A stretch of DNA of 64,000 nt, from positions 57,085 through 121,084 of the forward strand of contig CAVQJS010000001.1 in NCBI GenBank assembly GCA_963712875.1, read 5' to 3'. Shown here piece after piece: positions 60,920-64,000 of the stretch (position 1 is the stretch's first letter; each line of letters starts with the position of its first letter). The DNA is from an uncultured Actinomycetota bacterium. Lineage in GTDB: Bacteria > Actinomycetota > Actinomycetes > Propionibacteriales > Nocardioidaceae. The notes under the pieces were generated by a model that had not been told where the DNA came from, searched no databases, and saw only the letters and a program-made list of their open reading frames with translations. A program made the translations under genes and the position numbers.

Positions 60920-62407
60920 ATGAGCGCATTCCACACCCCGTCCGGTCCAGTGAGGTCCGATCCTCAGGCTTCGTCGCGCCCGGTGCGTCCGGGTGCGATC
61001 GTCGTTGTCCTCGCCTTTGCTGGCATCACTGCCGCGCTCATGCAGACCCTTGTCGTGCCGCTGATCGGCGACCTGCCCGAACTCCTCAACACCACCGCGT
61101 CCAACGCGTCGTGGGTCATCACTGCCACACTCCTCGCCGCTGCGGTGGCGACACCAGTGAGCGGGCGACTGGGTGATCTCTACGGCAAGCGTCGCGTCAT
61201 GCTCGCGTGCTCTGTCGTACTCATCGCGGGGTCTGCACTCTGTGCTCTCTCGTCGTCGGTACTGCCGATGATCGTGGGTCGCGGTCTGCAGGGCGTCGGC
61301 ATGGGTCTGGTTCCGCTCGGCATCAGCGCCATGCGTGATCTGATCCCGGCCGAGCGTCTCGGCACGTCCATCGCGCTGATGAGTGCCTCGATGGGTATCG
61401 GTGGCGCGCTGGGGCTGCCGATCTCCGCCGCGGTCGCGCAGAACGCCGACTGGCACGTGCTGTTCTGGGGCTCGACCGTGCTCGCGGCGATCGTGTCCTT
61501 GCTCATCTTCCTGCTCGTCCCCGCGACGCCCGTATCGGCGCAGGGCAAGTTCGATCCTGTCGGTGCCGTCGGTCTCGGGATCGGCCTGGTCTGCCTTCTG
61601 CTGGGTGTTTCCAAGGGCGCTGACTGGGGCTGGGGTAGTGCAACCACCTGGGGGTTCCTGACCGCCGCCGTTGTCGTCCTGCTTCTGTGGGGCTTCTACG
61701 AGCTCCGCATCCAGGACCCGTTGGTGGACCTGCGGGTGACGGCGCGACCTGTCGTGCTGCTGACCAACGTCGCGTCCCTGGTGGTGGGCTTCGCCCTCTA
61801 CGCGCAGTCCCTGATCATTCCGCAGCTGCTCCAGCTGCCGGCCGCCACAGGATTCGGTCTCGGGCAGAGCATGATTCAGATGGGGCTGTGGATGCTGCCG
61901 GGCGGTTTCATGATGATGTTGATGGCGCCGGTCGGCGCGCGGATCTCCCACGCCAGGGGGCCACGAATCACGCTTGCGTTGGGTGCTGCGATCATCGCGA
62001 TCGGCTACGTCACCGCTGTGTTCCTGATGGGCTCCACCTGGGGTCTGATGGTCTCGGTGTGTGTCATCAGCGCTGGTGTCGGCTTCGCGTACGGGGCAAT
62101 GCCCGCCCTGATCATGGGCTCCGTTCCCCGATCCGAGACCGCGTCAGCGATGAGCGTCAACACGTTGATGCGATCTGTCGGCACGGCGGTCTCCGCGGCG
62201 GTCGTTGGGGTCGTACTGGCCCAGATGACCATGGACGTCGGTGGCGTGACGTTTCCGAGCGAAGCAGGTTTCCAGACCGGTCTGCTGATCGGTGCTGCTG
62301 TCGCCGGCGTCGCCGCGTTGATCGCTCTCGCCATCCCCTCTCAGGCCAGCCACGAAGCAGAAATGCACATCGAGCACGACGGTGCGCTCGTTTCCGCTGA
62401 AGCGTGA
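60920..62407 (+). CDS. MFS efflux transporter (DHA2-like)
   Basis: SGRLGDLYGKRR, GRGLQG and DPLVDLR motifs; divergent from MarR. Confidence 0.9.
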   Translation: MSAFHTPSGPVRSDPQASSRPVRPGAIVVVLAFAGITAALMQTLVVPLIGDLPELLNTTASNASWVITATLLAAAVATPVSGRLGDLYGKRRVMLACSVVLIAGSALCALSSSVLPMIVGRGLQGVGMGLVPLGISAMRDLIPAERLGTSIALMSASMGIGGALGLPISAAVAQNADWHVLFWGSTVLAAIVSLLIFLLVPATPVSAQGKFDPVGAVGLGIGLVCLLLGVSKGADWGWGSATTWGFLTAAVVVLLLWGFYELRIQDPLVDLRVTARPVVLLTNVASLVVGFALYAQSLIIPQLLQLPAATGFGLGQSMIQMGLWMLPGGFMMMLMAPVGARISHARGPRITLALGAAIIAIGYVTAVFLMGSTWGLMVSVCVISAGVGFAYGAMPALIMGSVPRSETASAMSVNTLMRSVGTAVSAAVVGVVLAQMTMDVGGVTFPSEAGFQTGLLIGAAVAGVAALIALAIPSQASHEAEMHIEHDGALVSAEA

Positions 62408-62454
62408 CCGCACTCCGCACGAGTCCAGCGCCGGCCGAATGTCGCCGGTGCTCC

Positions 62455-62928
62455 CTAGGCGCGGTACGCCGCCCAGACCAGGCAGGCCATCGCACCGAGG
62501 GACGTGAAGGACCGCGCCGTGTTGAGGGCCACCCATCGGCTTTCGAACCGACCACGCACCGAGGAAAGGTCGGCGATGGAGTCGATGGGGCCGGCGGCTT
62601 CGATCTGATTGTTGAGCGGGACATTGCCGATTGCGGTGATCACCAGGGTTGCGACAGCCAGGGCGGTGCCGGCGATCGCCCACGACCGGGTCGAAGGCTC
62701 TGCACCCGCGATGGCAGCGCCTGCGAACAGTGGGGCACCCAGGAAGCTCATCATGAAGACGGGATTCACGATCGCGATGCTCATCTGTTGAATGGCATGT
62801 ACGAACGTGCGGTCGTCGGTGCGTGCCAGGCCGGGCATCACTCCAGAGGCCCAGGCGTAGTAGGTGCCGGCCTGGAGGCCGGCGAGAACGGCTGCGATGA
62901 GGAGGACGGGGCCCTGGCCGGTGTTCAT
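62455..62928 (-). CDS. DUF1772/anthrone oxygenase family membrane protein
   Basis: GL.AG.Y......VMPGL...DD..FV..Q.....I.NP.F...GNVPLN...W...N.AR. Confidence 0.82.
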   Translation of the reverse strand: MNTGQGPVLLIAAVLAGLQAGTYYAWASGVMPGLARTDDRTFVHAIQQMSIAIVNPVFMMSFLGAPLFAGAAIAGAEPSTRSWAIAGTALAVATLVITAIGNVPLNNQIEAAGPIDSIADLSSVRGRFESRWVALNTARSFTSLGAMACLVWAAYRA

Positions 62929-63452
62929 GGCGAGGTCTTCGACGCTCTGCGGCGCTTCTGGTCACGGTTCCGCATTGCGAGAGTGACGAGCACCAGCGAT
63001 CCCAGCGCCGCGCCGGTCCGAACGAGGTGAAGTCCTTTCCACGGTCCCTCGAAGTCCATTCGTGCAGTAGACATCTCAGCGGGAGTCGCCGTCGCGACCG
63101 AGACCGCGGCGAGCTTCTCGTTCAGCGGCACGTTCCCCGCACTGGTCACGCCCACCACGCCAATCATGTACACAGCCGAGGCCGCGGCCAGTAACGGCCA
63201 TCGGGCAGGCTCGTGGCGATACGCGACAGTTGCCGCGACGAGGGACGCGGCGCCTCCCATGAATGCGCCCCCGATGAAGAACGGGTTCATGATTGCGCGG
63301 TCCATCGCCTGAAACACGGAGATGAACTCAGCATCCGGGAGTTCTTGAAGTCCGGGCATGATGGTGACTTGCCAATCGAAGAACACGCCGGCGGTGAGCC
63401 CGGCGGTTGTGGTCGCCACGGTGAGTAGGGTCTTTCCGAGGGGGCTACTCAT
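62925..63452 (-). CDS. DUF1772/anthrone oxygenase family membrane protein (second paralog)
   Basis: GLTAGVFF....IMPGL..LPD..F...FQ..DRAI.NPFF...GNVPLN...FE.PW. Confidence 0.82.
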   Translation of the reverse strand: MSSPLGKTLLTVATTTAGLTAGVFFDWQVTIMPGLQELPDAEFISVFQAMDRAIMNPFFIGGAFMGGAASLVAATVAYRHEPARWPLLAAASAVYMIGVVGVTSAGNVPLNEKLAAVSVATATPAEMSTARMDFEGPWKGLHLVRTGAALGSLVLVTLAMRNRDQKRRRASKTSP

Positions 63453-63454
63453 GG

Positions 63455-64000
63455 CTACGCCTGGTCCCAGACGCCGGTCGTCGCGGCCTGTGACGCGAAG
63501 TCGGCGAAGGTGCGCGCGGGGCGGCCCAGCGCTTCCTGGATGCCGGACGCCAACGATGAGTTGTGGCCGTCGAAGATGTCGGCGAACAGTTCGCCCAGCA
63601 TCTCGGCCACGTCCGCGGGTACTCCCGCTTCGGTCGCAGCGACGGTGTACTCCTGGGTGCCGACGGGGAGGTAGGTGATCGTGCGGCCGGTCGCCTTGCT
63701 GAGGTCGACTGCGATGTCGTGGAAGGTGAGCAGCTCCGGGCCGGTGCACTCGTACACGCGCCCTGTCGGGATCTGGCCGAGCAGCGCCGCGACGGCGACG
63801 TCCGCAACGTCGTCGATATCGACGATCGGCTCGGTGACCTCTCCCGCAGGCAGGGCGATCAGACCTGCGTGCACGTCGCCGACGAGGAATCCCTCGCTGA
63901 AGTTCTGCGCGAACAACCCGCAGCGCACGACCGTGGTCTTCACCCCGCTCGCGGCTACGGCGACCTCGCATGCCTCCGCCTGCGCCTCACCGCGACCAGA
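63455..64000 (-). CDS. NmrA-like NAD(P)-binding protein, 3' part (truncated by window)
   Basis: TVVR...FAQNFSEG...DIDDVADVA..AL...YE.TGPELLT...ALGRPARTF.DF. Confidence 0.85.
   Translation of the reverse strand, partial: SGRGEAQAEACEVAVAASGVKTTVVRCGLFAQNFSEGFLVGDVHAGLIALPAGEVTEPIVDIDDVADVAVAALLGQIPTGRVYECTGPELLTFHDIAVDLSKATGRTITYLPVGTQEYTVAATEAGVPADVAEMLGELFADIFDGHNSSLASGIQEALGRPARTFADFASQAATTGVWDQA

Overview
High-GC actinobacterial chromosome segment; gene order and protein families suggest Nocardioides or a relative (inference). 1-15.1 kb: end of the dcw cluster (murG-murC-ftsQ-ftsZ-pgeF-yggS-sepF-yggT-divIVA), then a PAKK-rich DksA-like protein, lspA, rluD, a GNAT-chorismate mutase-fold fusion, DUF2332 and dnaE. 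Single-base indels in many of these essential genes look like sequencing error. 17.4-29.3 kb: ybaK/LON-N and the his operon, interrupted between hisH and priA by about 5 kb of accessory genes (hemerythrin, sulfotransferase, IS481 relic, DUF222-HNH with DNA-damage promoter motifs, APH kinase), with a NUDIX gene between priA and hisF. 29.4-37.3 kb: Uma2 nuclease, ABC transporters and an SsgA-family gene. tRNA-Val(CAC) at 37336 appears to anchor a decayed ~15 kb integrated element, bounded by a degenerate copy of the tRNA 3' end at 52533, carrying an arabinose uptake and catabolism region, TetR/serine hydrolase and a SLOG protein. Beyond it lie a YbdK ligase, HemK-like methyltransferase, CDGSH protein and heme-oxygenase-like diiron oxidase cluster with matching promoter motifs (best candidate for an uncharacterised system), plus ArsR/SRPBCC, ECF42/YciI/MFS, MarR/MFS and DUF1772 modules. 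All calls were made by eye, with no database searches.
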